Below, piece by piece: positions 43,240 through 53,554 of a DNA stretch of 64,000 bases; the first letter of the stretch is position 1, and each line of letters starts with the position of its first letter. The position numbers and the translations under genes are program-made. A model generated the notes under the pieces. That model was not told where the DNA came from. It worked only from the letters and a program-made list of their open reading frames with translations, and did not search any database. The DNA comes from a virus, in IMG/VR virus record IMGVR_UViG_3300042455_000638. The stretch is one strand, 5' to 3'.

Positions 43240-45432
43240 ATGGCAGACATATTTCGGAAGCGACGTACCTTGACCCCCCGGTCAACAGCACCAACGGCAC
43301 CGGCCCGGCCAGCCATGCACAAGGCTATGAGGTACTACCCGGGGCACCCTGACTACGTGCCACCTCCACCACCCACCTTCCAGCAGCAGTGGCGGATAGA
43401 TCACGGCCAGGACCCCAACACCTTAGACTTCATCAAGGGCGTGGACGACCTTGATGAAAACGGTAACCCGTACCCCGAAGGGTACAACGGGATGCAGTAC
43501 GCCGCCAACCAGCCACAGGCACAGTCGTTTAACCCTCAGAACCAGGATGTACTAGACCGGGCAGCAGCCGCGTTGGACGCTATCAGGCAGGACCGTACCA
43601 ACCCGATGTACGGTGGTCAGCAGAGTTACGCGGCTCCCGGGGCTAACGGTCAACCTATCGGCGGAACGTCTCCAATACCTGGCCTCATCGGTCGAGGTTT
43701 GGGGGCGATGAGTGACGGGCTTAACTTCGCTCAGGACAACATCGAGCAGTACCACCGAGACCGTCCGGGTGTTCCGCAGGTGCCTCCTGCTCAACGGGCG
43801 GGGTTCGCAGCTCCCGGCCAGAATGCAGCAATCCAGGGGTCCCCCGGTCTACGCGGGTTCATCAACAGCGTCGGACAGGGGTTGAACGGGTTGGTTACCA
43901 GCATCGGCGGTAGCCTGTCTCAGATGCTGCAACCGAGCGGGGGTCCTAGACGTCAGCCGATGTACGGTGGAGCCCAGGGGTACGCGGCCCCGGGTGCCAA
44001 CAACCCACTGTACACGTACGACGGGCCGAACACGCCCAGCACTGGCAACCCGATGCGACCGATACCCGGCGGCGACCCCCATATCGCTGCTCTGCAAGCC
44101 GAGATTGATCGGGGCAACCGGCAGGAGGACATCATGCTTGAGCCGGGAGCTACTTCGTCTGGTGGGGCTACGAAGAACTTCCGGAAGATCCAGCCGGAGG
44201 ACCTTAACGGGGTAACTGCCCCAACAGTGGCTGGGTACAACGGCAACGTAGGGTATGTTGCTGATCCGAACCGAGCCTCTGCTGAGAGAAACATCGCCTC
44301 TTCTCAGGCGAACGCCCAGCGACTCGCTGAAGGGGGTGCTGCAGCCGATCCGACTAACGGTCGTGGCAGGTTCGGAGGGGCGTATGGAGCCGGGCTGGAC
44401 GCGGATGCTACCGCCCTCGCAGAAGGCCGGGCTGTACGTACAGCCGACGGTAAGGTCGTGTACTTCACTGGTACGCAGGAGTCTGCTCGCCAAGCACAGA
44501 CAGCAGGCAAGGCCGAACGTGAAGCGTTGCGAGACCGTAACAACCTGAACGTACCTGAGGCTGAGCTGAAACGCCGTGCTGCTGCCGACGCACAAGCCGC
44601 AGCACGGGCCGCCAAGCACCAAGCCTTTAAGGACGCCAACGGTGGTATGAGCTACAAGCAATACGACCGGATGACAGGTAGCAGCAATGGCAATAACGCT
44701 TTGACGATGAAGGCCGTCCGAGAGGGCAGGCTGAGCCCAATGGAAGCTAACTACCGGATGCAGCTACGGGCTGAAAAAGCTCTACGCCGATCGGGTAACC
44801 CGATAACGGGCGGCACCTCTATGGCCGGAAGTTTGTACCCGAACATGATGCCCCCGCAGAGTAGCAAAGCCCCGGCCCCAGAGAACCCGATGTCTGCAGC
44901 GACTGATAGGTTTCGGCCGGGTGGGGTCGTGACACCGCAAAGTAGTCAAGCCGCACGAGACACGTTGAAGGTGATGGCCGAAGGCGGAAAGACACCGGAC
45001 GGTGCCGCCATACCACCGGACCCAATGTTTGCTGCGGGTCTTGCCGAATCCCCGGACAACATCCAAGGCGTCCACTTTGGAATCCAGCAGATGGTTCAGG
45101 ACGGGAAGGACCTTGGCGATAACGAACTCCAGAGCCTTCACGCTGCTGCCGTAGCTATGCAGGCTGGCCACGGTACGTCAAGCTACGACCCGTTCGACAT
45201 GACGTACGGGTTTGAAGGGCTATCCGGGGCGGACGCGGCACACACTGAAACATTCGGTCCGATGTACAAAGAACTTGCAGGTATGGCAACACCGACCCCA
45301 CAGCAGTTGAGGAGTTGGTGGGCGAAGTTCAAAGGACACATTCGACCGGACACCAGCATGTGGTCGAGCGTTGGTGAGGACGCCCCATCAATCGGGGGAA
45401 CTGAGTTTCCTAGAAACCCAATGAAGCCATAA
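43240..45432 (+). CDS. Gly/Pro/Gln-rich low-complexity virion protein (internal or ejection protein candidate)
   Basis: Track ORF trimmed to ATG 43240 (GGAGAG RBS). Repeated YGG.QGYAAPGAN blocks. Confidence 0.45.
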   Translation: MADIFRKRRTLTPRSTAPTAPARPAMHKAMRYYPGHPDYVPPPPPTFQQQWRIDHGQDPNTLDFIKGVDDLDENGNPYPEGYNGMQYAANQPQAQSFNPQNQDVLDRAAAALDAIRQDRTNPMYGGQQSYAAPGANGQPIGGTSPIPGLIGRGLGAMSDGLNFAQDNIEQYHRDRPGVPQVPPAQRAGFAAPGQNAAIQGSPGLRGFINSVGQGLNGLVTSIGGSLSQMLQPSGGPRRQPMYGGAQGYAAPGANNPLYTYDGPNTPSTGNPMRPIPGGDPHIAALQAEIDRGNRQEDIMLEPGATSSGGATKNFRKIQPEDLNGVTAPTVAGYNGNVGYVADPNRASAERNIASSQANAQRLAEGGAAADPTNGRGRFGGAYGAGLDADATALAEGRAVRTADGKVVYFTGTQESARQAQTAGKAEREALRDRNNLNVPEAELKRRAAADAQAAARAAKHQAFKDANGGMSYKQYDRMTGSSNGNNALTMKAVREGRLSPMEANYRMQLRAEKALRRSGNPITGGTSMAGSLYPNMMPPQSSKAPAPENPMSAATDRFRPGGVVTPQSSQAARDTLKVMAEGGKTPDGAAIPPDPMFAAGLAESPDNIQGVHFGIQQMVQDGKDLGDNELQSLHAAAVAMQAGHGTSSYDPFDMTYGFEGLSGADAAHTETFGPMYKELAGMATPTPQQLRSWWAKFKGHIRPDTSMWSSVGEDAPSIGGTEFPRNPMKP

Positions 45433-45433
45433 T

Positions 45434-48400
45434 ATGCCTACCATCTCCCAGCTCCTCAACGCTGTACCGCAGAACCAGCTCCAGCCTCAGCAAACTCAGC
45501 AGCCACAGTCCGAAGACATAGGACTGATGGATACGTTGAGTGCGGTGGGTGGGGCTAGTCTCGGGGCCGTCGCGTCCGTAGGTAACTTCCTCGACCTACC
45601 GGGCTCGTCGATCCGAGACATCCTCGCCGGGCAGAACCCGTTCGACCAGTGGATGTCCCCTCTTACGGACAAGAACCGCACATCGGGCAGACAACTGCTT
45701 GAGAAGTACGGCATGAGAGCCAACCGTGAGACTGGCATGTCCGGTTGGTTGTCAGACCCCGGTGAAGGTCTACGCGACCTCGCTGGTTTCGCCACTGAGG
45801 TACTGCTTGACCCATTCGGCCCGTTGACCAAGGGCACGAAGATGGCTACCGGTGCGGCCAGCCTGGTTGACCGGGCTCACCCCCTTGTGAAAGGTTTGGC
45901 CAACGGAGCTGTCAACGTCTTCGACAAGCTGCCGGGTAAGATCGGGCAGGTCACGAAGGACCGGGTTACTGGTTGGGCTAAGAACGCCAACCGTGGTGTC
46001 AAGGCATTGTTCAACGCACCGAGCGGTGGCGTCACCGATGTGTACGCTCAAGGTATCAAAGAACGGGCTACCGTCACAGCAGACGCGGCCCGGGAATTGG
46101 CCAACACGATGAGCATTGACATCGTTGAGACCGCCAACCGGAGCGGGTTCAACCTGAACCGGAACAACGATCTTGACATGACCGATCCGGCTAACTGGTT
46201 GGCCGATGATTCACCCCTCGTGACACGGGCTCGGGAAGATCAACTCACCCGGTTCTGGGAAGGCACGTACGACCCGGCCAATGCTGGTATGAAGCAGGGA
46301 GACCTCGTCACCCCGGCGGGTTCAGACGGGTTTAAGGAGGTTGAGTGGATCGACCGGTCGTCCACTGGCACGAAGGTCAAGCTGGTCAACGACGATACCA
46401 TCTACAACGACTTCGACTTTGATCCAAAGAAGCAGTGGCTGAGTCAGGGTGTGGAGATCCCACAAGAAGTCCAGGACGTCATGCTGCAGATGAAGGGGTT
46501 CCGCGATACGCTGAAGGATGAGGTACATGAACTCGGTGGTAACATCGGGGACCTGATGGACCCGTACATCGACTTCACTCACCGTCGTAAAGGTGTTGAC
46601 CTCGCCCGAGCTGAACAGATCGGCGGACTGGCCCATCACTCCTGGGTGAGAAACAAGTACGCCAGTCTTGCGTCGACGTTGCAGGCAACTGGTGGTCGTG
46701 AGATGCTGTACAAGGCATTTAAGGATGGTACGACTGGAGTCACGGACTTGTACCGTGACAACAAGTGGCAGAACCTCGTACGTAGCATCAACGATCTGGC
46801 TACTGGAGTTGGTGCCGACGATGGCCCCAACTACATACCGAACTACGTTGGTATGCGGCACATCCAGGAGTTCGCTGAGGCCCTTGGTAAGACTCCGGAG
46901 GACGTCTTCAAAGAGATGCAGCAGATGCGTCCAGTCAACGCGACAGACACCCGAGCGTACAGCACACAGCCGGGGGTATACACGGTTGCTAGAGATGGAG
47001 CTGTTGTCGGAGAAATACGGGCTAACGTACTGGACGGCGTAGCCGACATCGACGCCAGTAGACTGTCGGACACGAGCCTACTTCCAGACGCCCTACACGA
47101 CGTGGCTCAGCATCTTGCCAAGACTGGTGCGGCCGGTAGGGTCCGGGTCAGTGCAGCTCAGGACATTGCCGACGCTCTCAAACCACACCGATATGTTCCG
47201 GACGGGTTGAACCCTGACGGCACCGAACGGTTGGTGCGAGACATCTTCAAGGCCGAGGATACGTACACGTCGTTCGACAAGTTCATGCCCAAGGACGAGT
47301 TCATTGCTCGGTTCAATGCGTACGTCGACCACCTTGCGTCTCAGGTCAAGCAGGGCGACATGCCGGGGGTACAACCCGGTCGCGGGTGGTGGAAGTCTTA
47401 CACGAGCTACACCCCGAACGCTGACGGTACGGAGCGGGTACTTAACCTCGACCCAGCGAACCTGACGTTCGTTGACAGCAACAACATCCTCGACCCAAAC
47501 ATCCGCAAGATGTTTACCTTCCGCAACGAGTACGATCAGGCTATCGCCCACGTTCAGGATGGCAAAGAACTCTACATCGGTATCAAGCAGGACAAGGGTA
47601 AGAAGGCCGAGCTGTTAATGCTCAAGCCGACTCAACGGCACCAGATCGAAATGCGGCACAAACAACTGCTTAGCAAACTCGATGATATGCTGGTCAAGAG
47701 CCCGCTACTCCAGGCTGAGGCTATCACTGACGCTGTGCATGGTGCCATCACTCGGAACTACTCGGACAAGGTAGACCGATGGATGCCAAAGATCGACAAG
47801 GTCGACGGTACAGATGTGGGTGAGATTACGGCGATGAATGCTGCCGGGGACTTCTCCCGCAAGGCAGGACTGAAGCAGTGGCACAAGACGTTCGAGGAAC
47901 TCAGCGAAGGGGTAGACTTTGTTAAACCCCAGTCCGCACAGGAAGCCCTGCTGCGGTTGGATGAGGACAGCCTGCAGGCGTTGATGTTTACACCAGCTCA
48001 GCGAACCCGACTCAACCAGATCCGGGGAGAGATCGCGGACAAGGCGGATGTGATCCAAGACGACGCGGCCCGTGAAGCTGCCAAGATTAACCAGGACATG
48101 TCAATCGAACTGGTAGACCGGCACCGAGGGCTGGCTGAGGATATCTCTCAGAACATCGAACGTCGGTTCAACAACATGTACGAGGGTTCGTCTGTATCCA
48201 GCAACTTGGAGTACTTACGGAAGAACACAGCGTTCAAGAGTTTGCTACAGTCACAGCGGGACTTCATCGGTAAGGCCGTAGTCGACGCACGTACGAACCC
48301 AGACGCTTTCGGCACACGTAGCCCCCGAGGTAATGTTGACGTCGAGTACGACCTCGCCAACAAACGTGGTATGACGTTTGAGCAGGCGATTGAGGACAAG

Positions 48401-50305
48401 TTCTTCGGGGACGGGATCAGCGACACACGGTTCATCGAGTCGGTACGACAGTACCTGATCAGAAACAAGTCGATGAAGTCCACCAACACGGCGGACGCCT
48501 TGATCGCTAAGCTGGAGGCTGGCGGACTCACTGATGCTGAGGTGGCTAACCTGAAGGCCGCTGCTAAGTCCGCCAAGATGGTTGACGCTGATGAGCTGGC
48601 CAAGCAGATCAACGAAATCAAATCGCTACGCCTTATGTCTGACACTTGGGGACAGATGAAGACCCTCAACGAAGGGGCGGGCATGTCGATGATGCCGGAG
48701 CTGGAAGGTCCTTTCCGGTGGGCACAGAACCTGATGGCTGCAACGAAGGCCGGTCAGCTTAGCACGTCGTTCGCTACCGGCGTACGAGACGGCATGTCAT
48801 CGTTCTTCAACGGTGTCATCATGGGTGACATGAACCCGATGGCTTTGACCCGACACTGGAAGGCCGCAACGTCATTCACCAAGGGCATGGCGATAGACCC
48901 CGGCGAAGGTATCGCAGACATCGAGCGGTACCTTGCGGCGAAAGGAATTGCGTCTACCGCTGAGACAAGAGGCCAGGTATTCCAGAACATGTGGAACGCA
49001 CACCACATGCACGGTTCACCGAACCCGGACATCATCACAGCCGATGCGTTCCGGCTGGCTGAAGCCGACTCGTCAATGGCACTACTGCGTAACCGAGCAG
49101 GCAGCCAGCCGGGCGAGGCTCTTGCCGGTCTTAAACGAACAGTGCAGAAGCCTTGGCAAGCCTTGGACCCACGAGTACAAGGTACGTGGACCACGGATGA
49201 ACTCGGTCGGCAAGTTCAGCGGTCTGAAGGTAAGAACCCCCTCGTCAACATGATGAATGGGTTCCGGGGGATGATCGACACAACGGTACGTACAACTTTT
49301 GTTCTCGACCGGTTGAAGAAGACCGGGTCGGTGGCTCAGGCATTGGCCGACGCGGACAGGATCTTGTTGAACGCGGACCCGAAGAACTTCACACGCTTCG
49401 AACACAAGTTCATGAAGTCGGCGGTACCGTACTACTCCTTCATCCGGCAGAGTCTTCCCCTCTTCATCACAGAGATGATGGCTAACCCCGGTGGTAAACT
49501 TGGGATGACCATCCGAGCAACAAGACTCGGTCAGGGTGGTGAGGATGACTACGTTCCGTACCAGTACCTCGACTCAGCGGCTATCCCTCTTGGCGAGACA
49601 GACGAAGGTCAGCTCAAATATCTGACGTCTCTCGGGCTCATGCACGAAGACGCGATCAAGTACGCAGGCAATGCTTTGCAGGGTGACCTGCGAGGTTTGA
49701 TGCAGCACGCCCTCAGCTCGTCCAACCCGGCAATGAAGTGGCTGATCGAGTACAGCACCAACACGTCTCTGTTCAGCCAAGGGCCGATGGGTGGTAGAAG
49801 ACTTGACGACCTCGACCCAACGATGGGACGTATCGCAGCTAACCTTGGACTACAGAGCGGTGATGCTTCAGGTCGGCCGATCCCGGTTGGTGGTCCGATT
49901 GCCGAGTCAGTAGCAGCGATGAGTCCTATCTCCCGCTTGCTATCAAGTACAAAGATTGCCACGGACAAACGGCTGAGTCCCGGTGAGAAGGTAGCCCGGC
50001 TTGTGTCGGGGTTCCGCATGGAGACCATCGAGAAAGAGCAGATCACCCGAGACCTGCGTGACCGGCTGAACGCCCTGCAGATCAAGCTGGGTGCCCGCCC
50101 ACTTACGATCGTTAGTGGAGCCGACAAGTTGAGAGAGTTCGCGTTGGCTCAGGGCGACGAGGAGACCGCAGTACAGCTCGCCCAGATCGAGAAGGCACTG
50201 GCTATCCAGAAAAAGTTGGACCGGGACTCCGAGAAAACCACCAAAGGAACACCGAAAAAAGATTCTCGTAAAGCCCTGATTGACAAGCTCATGGGGTTAC
50301 GTTAA
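45434..50305 (+). CDS. Giant virion protein (1623 aa): tape-measure or internal core/ejection protein candidate
   Basis: Longest ORF in the window, in the structural region between virion genes and the lysis cassette. No specific family recognised. Confidence 0.5.
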   Translation: MPTISQLLNAVPQNQLQPQQTQQPQSEDIGLMDTLSAVGGASLGAVASVGNFLDLPGSSIRDILAGQNPFDQWMSPLTDKNRTSGRQLLEKYGMRANRETGMSGWLSDPGEGLRDLAGFATEVLLDPFGPLTKGTKMATGAASLVDRAHPLVKGLANGAVNVFDKLPGKIGQVTKDRVTGWAKNANRGVKALFNAPSGGVTDVYAQGIKERATVTADAARELANTMSIDIVETANRSGFNLNRNNDLDMTDPANWLADDSPLVTRAREDQLTRFWEGTYDPANAGMKQGDLVTPAGSDGFKEVEWIDRSSTGTKVKLVNDDTIYNDFDFDPKKQWLSQGVEIPQEVQDVMLQMKGFRDTLKDEVHELGGNIGDLMDPYIDFTHRRKGVDLARAEQIGGLAHHSWVRNKYASLASTLQATGGREMLYKAFKDGTTGVTDLYRDNKWQNLVRSINDLATGVGADDGPNYIPNYVGMRHIQEFAEALGKTPEDVFKEMQQMRPVNATDTRAYSTQPGVYTVARDGAVVGEIRANVLDGVADIDASRLSDTSLLPDALHDVAQHLAKTGAAGRVRVSAAQDIADALKPHRYVPDGLNPDGTERLVRDIFKAEDTYTSFDKFMPKDEFIARFNAYVDHLASQVKQGDMPGVQPGRGWWKSYTSYTPNADGTERVLNLDPANLTFVDSNNILDPNIRKMFTFRNEYDQAIAHVQDGKELYIGIKQDKGKKAELLMLKPTQRHQIEMRHKQLLSKLDDMLVKSPLLQAEAITDAVHGAITRNYSDKVDRWMPKIDKVDGTDVGEITAMNAAGDFSRKAGLKQWHKTFEELSEGVDFVKPQSAQEALLRLDEDSLQALMFTPAQRTRLNQIRGEIADKADVIQDDAAREAAKINQDMSIELVDRHRGLAEDISQNIERRFNNMYEGSSVSSNLEYLRKNTAFKSLLQSQRDFIGKAVVDARTNPDAFGTRSPRGNVDVEYDLANKRGMTFEQAIEDKFFGDGISDTRFIESVRQYLIRNKSMKSTNTADALIAKLEAGGLTDAEVANLKAAAKSAKMVDADELAKQINEIKSLRLMSDTWGQMKTLNEGAGMSMMPELEGPFRWAQNLMAATKAGQLSTSFATGVRDGMSSFFNGVIMGDMNPMALTRHWKAATSFTKGMAIDPGEGIADIERYLAAKGIASTAETRGQVFQNMWNAHHMHGSPNPDIITADAFRLAEADSSMALLRNRAGSQPGEALAGLKRTVQKPWQALDPRVQGTWTTDELGRQVQRSEGKNPLVNMMNGFRGMIDTTVRTTFVLDRLKKTGSVAQALADADRILLNADPKNFTRFEHKFMKSAVPYYSFIRQSLPLFITEMMANPGGKLGMTIRATRLGQGGEDDYVPYQYLDSAAIPLGETDEGQLKYLTSLGLMHEDAIKYAGNALQGDLRGLMQHALSSSNPAMKWLIEYSTNTSLFSQGPMGGRRLDDLDPTMGRIAANLGLQSGDASGRPIPVGGPIAESVAAMSPISRLLSSTKIATDKRLSPGEKVARLVSGFRMETIEKEQITRDLRDRLNALQIKLGARPLTIVSGADKLREFALAQGDEETAVQLAQIEKALAIQKKLDRDSEKTTKGTPKKDSRKALIDKLMGLR

Positions 50306-50363
50306 TCTTTTCCTGAAGTTGAGAATTTTCCGGTATAGGAAAACACCGCGTAGGAGGAAAATC

Positions 50364-50705
50364 ATGTTGACAGGTGCTGTTGTACGAGACGTCACGAAGA
50401 AGCTGAACGACGCAACGGACATCCCGTTCGTTAGCGAGGCTATCGAGGGTTTGGTTATTGAGAAGTTGGTTGTCCTGATCGACAGCCACCTCCCGCCCTG
50501 GGTCGCTCAGTTCATGGCCAGTGCCGCTGACGGATTGACCGTTGAGGAGCTGAAGGTCCACGAAGACGTAATCGTGGTTGACCTCTGCAAGCGAATCAAC
50601 ATGAGCAAACTCCTGCCCGACTTCGTTGAGGCAAAGCTCATCCGCTACGTTGTCAACGCGGTGCTGGAATACGCCCGAGTTGGTTTCATGGCACCGGGGG
50701 TGTGA
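50364..50705 (+). CDS. Hypothetical protein (113 aa)
   Basis: ATG 50364 after AGGAGGAAAATC. Confidence 0.45.
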   Translation: MLTGAVVRDVTKKLNDATDIPFVSEAIEGLVIEKLVVLIDSHLPPWVAQFMASAADGLTVEELKVHEDVIVVDLCKRINMSKLLPDFVEAKLIRYVVNAVLEYARVGFMAPGV

Positions 50706-50706
50706 A

Positions 50707-50994
50707 TTGAGCACGATTCAAATTGCAGGGGCCTTCCTCCTTCTGTTCGGCGGTTTGACCGGAGCTGGTACGTTTCTGTACGGTAAGCTCCGCAAGCCCG
50801 CGACCCCACCCGGTCTCCAAGTAGACTCTGACGCACCGGCTCCACTTCGTATCTCTGAGTACCTGGCATTGATCGAGGCTGCCAGCCCGACTGCTTCTGC
50901 CGGTACTCGGTGGGAGTATGCAGCCTGCGGATGCACCGAGGCTGACGTGCTTCGACGTGAGGTGATCAGACTTGGTGGAGAGAAGAAGTCATGA
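50707..50994 (+). CDS. Small membrane protein (holin candidate), TTG start
   Basis: N-terminal TM segment IAGAFLLLFGGLTGAGTFLY. Follows GGGGGTG. Lies upstream of the peptidase. Start codon is uncertain. Confidence 0.3.
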   Translation: MSTIQIAGAFLLLFGGLTGAGTFLYGKLRKPATPPGLQVDSDAPAPLRISEYLALIEAASPTASAGTRWEYAACGCTEADVLRREVIRLGGEKKS

Positions 50995-51296
50995 AGTACC
51001 TACCAACAATCCTGATGATTATCGGTGGGTCACTTCTACTGGTTCCGGGGGGCGACACGGACGTTGCCTTTTCAGATACGCTTGCCACCGCGTACAAAGC
51101 GGACCGGCAGTTCAAGGTCGAGAACCTTCTGCGATTGTCCCAGATGACGGGGTCGACCGTTGAAGCCCGAGCTACGGCTTGGGAAGAACTCGACCGGGCG
51201 TCATTCGGCAAAGCCTTTGACGCAGTCGGCAACGATGTGTCAGTGGCCATCGAGAAGAACACAGAGGCTGACCTGGCCAAAGCGTGGAGTAAGTGA
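50991..51296 (+). CDS. Small membrane protein (holin/antiholin candidate)
   Basis: N-terminal TM segment LPTILMIIGGSLLLVP. ATGA coupling to the peptidase gene. Confidence 0.4.
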   Translation: MKYLPTILMIIGGSLLLVPGGDTDVAFSDTLATAYKADRQFKVENLLRLSQMTGSTVEARATAWEELDRASFGKAFDAVGNDVSVAIEKNTEADLAKAWSK

Positions 51297-52132
51297 TGCC
51301 TAAGCTAAACGGCTGGCGTATCGACCTTGAGAACTTCGACTCCTTGTTCGCGATGGGAGGGGAAGATGAGGTCATGGCCCTGTGCGGGACATACAAGGAA
51401 GTGTCTTTTGACCCAAGAGAACTCCTGGTTGTCGAGAACCAAGGGAGCATGGGGTCCTGCCAGGGCAACAGCATCTCGTCTGGGTGCGAGTGGTTGTACA
51501 TCCTTGCCACGGGCAAGACCGATGTCCAGCTCAGCCGGGCATACGGCTACTACCGGTCTCAGATGAAGGACGGACTGCTCGGCCGGGACGCCGGGTCAAC
51601 GATCGAATCAGGGATCTGGGTTGCCACACAGTGCGGCATTCCACTTGAGTCTGAGTGGAAGTACAGCGACCGGTACAACCCAAAACCACCAAAGCCTTGG
51701 GATGTAATGGATACCCTTGGGGGCAACTTCAAGATCGGTAAGTCGATTCGGCTCACGACATACGAAGCGATTCGTACGTTCCTCGGTGCCGGTATCGGCA
51801 TGGTTCACATCGGCATTCCCTGGAACTCAAGCACAGACCGAGCGGTAGTAGACAGCTTCAACCCGAATGGTGGGGGAGGTCACTCGGTCGGACTGTACTC
51901 TTTGTCGACACGCATGGATAGCCAAGGCCGACCGTATATCTGGATGATGAACTCCTGGGGTAAGACTTGGGGTACCGAAGGTTGGGCCGAGTGGTCGCCA
52001 CGAGCGGTCGAGCAGATGCTTCAAGCGAGGTTCTCGGTGTTCATTGCCATCTCGGAGATGGCAAATGTGAAGCCGAGGGAGTGGAAGTTGGACGACATCA
52101 AGAAGAAGGTTAAATGGTGGCTGCAAGCATGA
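51293..52132 (+). CDS. Papain-like (C1 family) cysteine peptidase, endolysin candidate
   Basis: Catalytic motifs in canonical order: NQGSMGSCQG (Gln/Cys), GGGGHSVGLYS (His) and NSWGKTWGTEGW (Asn-Ser-Trp). Confidence 0.55.
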   Translation: MMPKLNGWRIDLENFDSLFAMGGEDEVMALCGTYKEVSFDPRELLVVENQGSMGSCQGNSISSGCEWLYILATGKTDVQLSRAYGYYRSQMKDGLLGRDAGSTIESGIWVATQCGIPLESEWKYSDRYNPKPPKPWDVMDTLGGNFKIGKSIRLTTYEAIRTFLGAGIGMVHIGIPWNSSTDRAVVDSFNPNGGGGHSVGLYSLSTRMDSQGRPYIWMMNSWGKTWGTEGWAEWSPRAVEQMLQARFSVFIAISEMANVKPREWKLDDIKKKVKWWLQA

Positions 52133-52665
52133 AAAACATTATGCACCTGTTTCTATTGGTCATGGTTCTGACTGGGTGCGGTCAGGAAGCCAAACCAACA
52201 ATCGAAGTAACACCAGCCTACGTGAACTTAATCACCACGGCGGCTACGGACACCACCAAACAGGTTGGCGAGGTAAAAGCTGTATTGCAGGAGAACACCC
52301 GGCTCCTGATACAGATCAAAGACCTTGTCCAGAACCCTCCCACCGATGGGGTTGAAGCTCAGGAGACGCCCTCCTCTCCTACGTTGCTCACCCCATCGGT
52401 GAATAAACTCTACGTGTCCAGCATCCCGGGCTGCGGCCCCTGCGTACAGCTAAAGCTGGACGACGAGGCTGGGAAGTTTGCTGAGGCAGGGTTCGAGGTC
52501 GTGTACGCGGACGATCCTACCTGGGATGGTGGCTACCCGATCATCCGGTGGCTCGACAGCGAGGGTCAGTGGAAAGCCATGATGTACAAAGATCGAAGGG
52601 GTAAGTACCGGTCGTCCGGGTACGGACCCAACACAATCTCTGAACTGGTCGGGCTGGTGAAATGA
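52129..52665 (+). CDS. Lipoprotein (spanin-like outer-membrane component candidate)
   Basis: Signal peptide with lipobox MKNIMHLFLLVMVLTGC. CGPC motif. Immediately follows the peptidase. Confidence 0.4.
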   Translation: MKNIMHLFLLVMVLTGCGQEAKPTIEVTPAYVNLITTAATDTTKQVGEVKAVLQENTRLLIQIKDLVQNPPTDGVEAQETPSSPTLLTPSVNKLYVSSIPGCGPCVQLKLDDEAGKFAEAGFEVVYADDPTWDGGYPIIRWLDSEGQWKAMMYKDRRGKYRSSGYGPNTISELVGLVK

Positions 52666-52970
52666 ACGACTACCTACGCACCCAGCTATACAAGCACCTC
52701 CACTGCGACACCGCGTCGGCGGTGGCATCCGGAGTTTCCCGGGGTATCGGGTACGAACGAGCCTTTGGCCTGCAAGCCAAGGCCGACCGTGTCGTTGGCT
52801 ACTACGAGAAACACAGGGTCTTCTGTACCAGCCAGAAGGAACTGATCGGTCGGATAAAGAACGAATGGACGGCAGGGCTTGGCCCGATTGCGTCTTGGTT
52901 AATGTGGATGGCCATAAAAACTTTGGTAACACAGGTTGTACGGTGGTTGTGGAACCGGTACACTCCTTGA
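52662..52970 (+). CDS. Membrane protein with C-terminal TM helix (spanin or holin-like candidate)
   Basis: C-terminal LGPIASWLMWMAIKTLVTQVVRWLW. ATGA coupling. Confidence 0.35.
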   Translation: MNDYLRTQLYKHLHCDTASAVASGVSRGIGYERAFGLQAKADRVVGYYEKHRVFCTSQKELIGRIKNEWTAGLGPIASWLMWMAIKTLVTQVVRWLWNRYTP

Positions 52971-53029
52971 TCTAAACCCCCAGACGAGTAGCGTTTCGCC
53001 TTTTGTCCTCCTGTGAAGGAAACGTACTC

Positions 53030-53497
53030 ATGACTCGTGCAACACTGATCTCCGGTAATAACCAACTCGTATCGTCCCCTACTCGGCTGAGAAACCTGTT
53101 CCTGTCATGTGACGCGAACTTCTTGGAGCTGTACAACACGGTCCTCGTGAACATCAACATTCCGGCTCATGCCAGTAAGTTGATCTACAACGTCTTCACC
53201 GCCGACCAGACCTACGTGGTCCGGTCACTCCGAGTTGTACCTGACGTGGCCCAAGGTGCTGCCTTGACAGCCACGCTCAACAAGGCCACCGGCACCGCCA
53301 CTCCGGCGACAGGTACCACTCCTCTCCACACAGGTACGATGAACCTCAACGCCACTGCCCACACGGTGCAGACCCTGACGTTGACCAGTACCACAGCCGA
53401 CCTCTCGTTGGCTGCAGGTGACCGTATCGCACTGGTGCTGTCTGGTGCTCTCAGCACCGGCAGTGCAAACGTGTCGATCCGTCTCGGCAAGGCTTGA
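53030..53497 (+). CDS. Hypothetical T/A-rich beta-type virion protein
   Basis: ATG 53030 after AAGGAAAC. Followed by a terminator. Confidence 0.4.
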   Translation: MTRATLISGNNQLVSSPTRLRNLFLSCDANFLELYNTVLVNINIPAHASKLIYNVFTADQTYVVRSLRVVPDVAQGAALTATLNKATGTATPATGTTPLHTGTMNLNATAHTVQTLTLTSTTADLSLAAGDRIALVLSGALSTGSANVSIRLGKA

Positions 53498-53506
53498 TAT
53501 TCATGT

Positions 53507-53541
53507 GTAGCCCGGCCTGCTTCGGCCGGGCTACCTCTTTG
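53507..53541 (+). terminator. Intrinsic terminator
   Basis: GTAGCCCGGCC-TGCTTC-GGCCGGGCTAC then CTCTTTG. Confidence 0.6.
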
Positions 53542-53554
53542 AGGGAGAGTAATC

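Noticed and set aside
43849-44661. Long minus-strand ORFs (270 aa here; also 49609-50127, 48148-48684, 46322-46861) inside the large virion genes
   Set aside because: Antisense to long, well-supported plus-strand genes. Arg/Ser/Pro-rich compositions typical of GC-rich antisense frames. No RBS.
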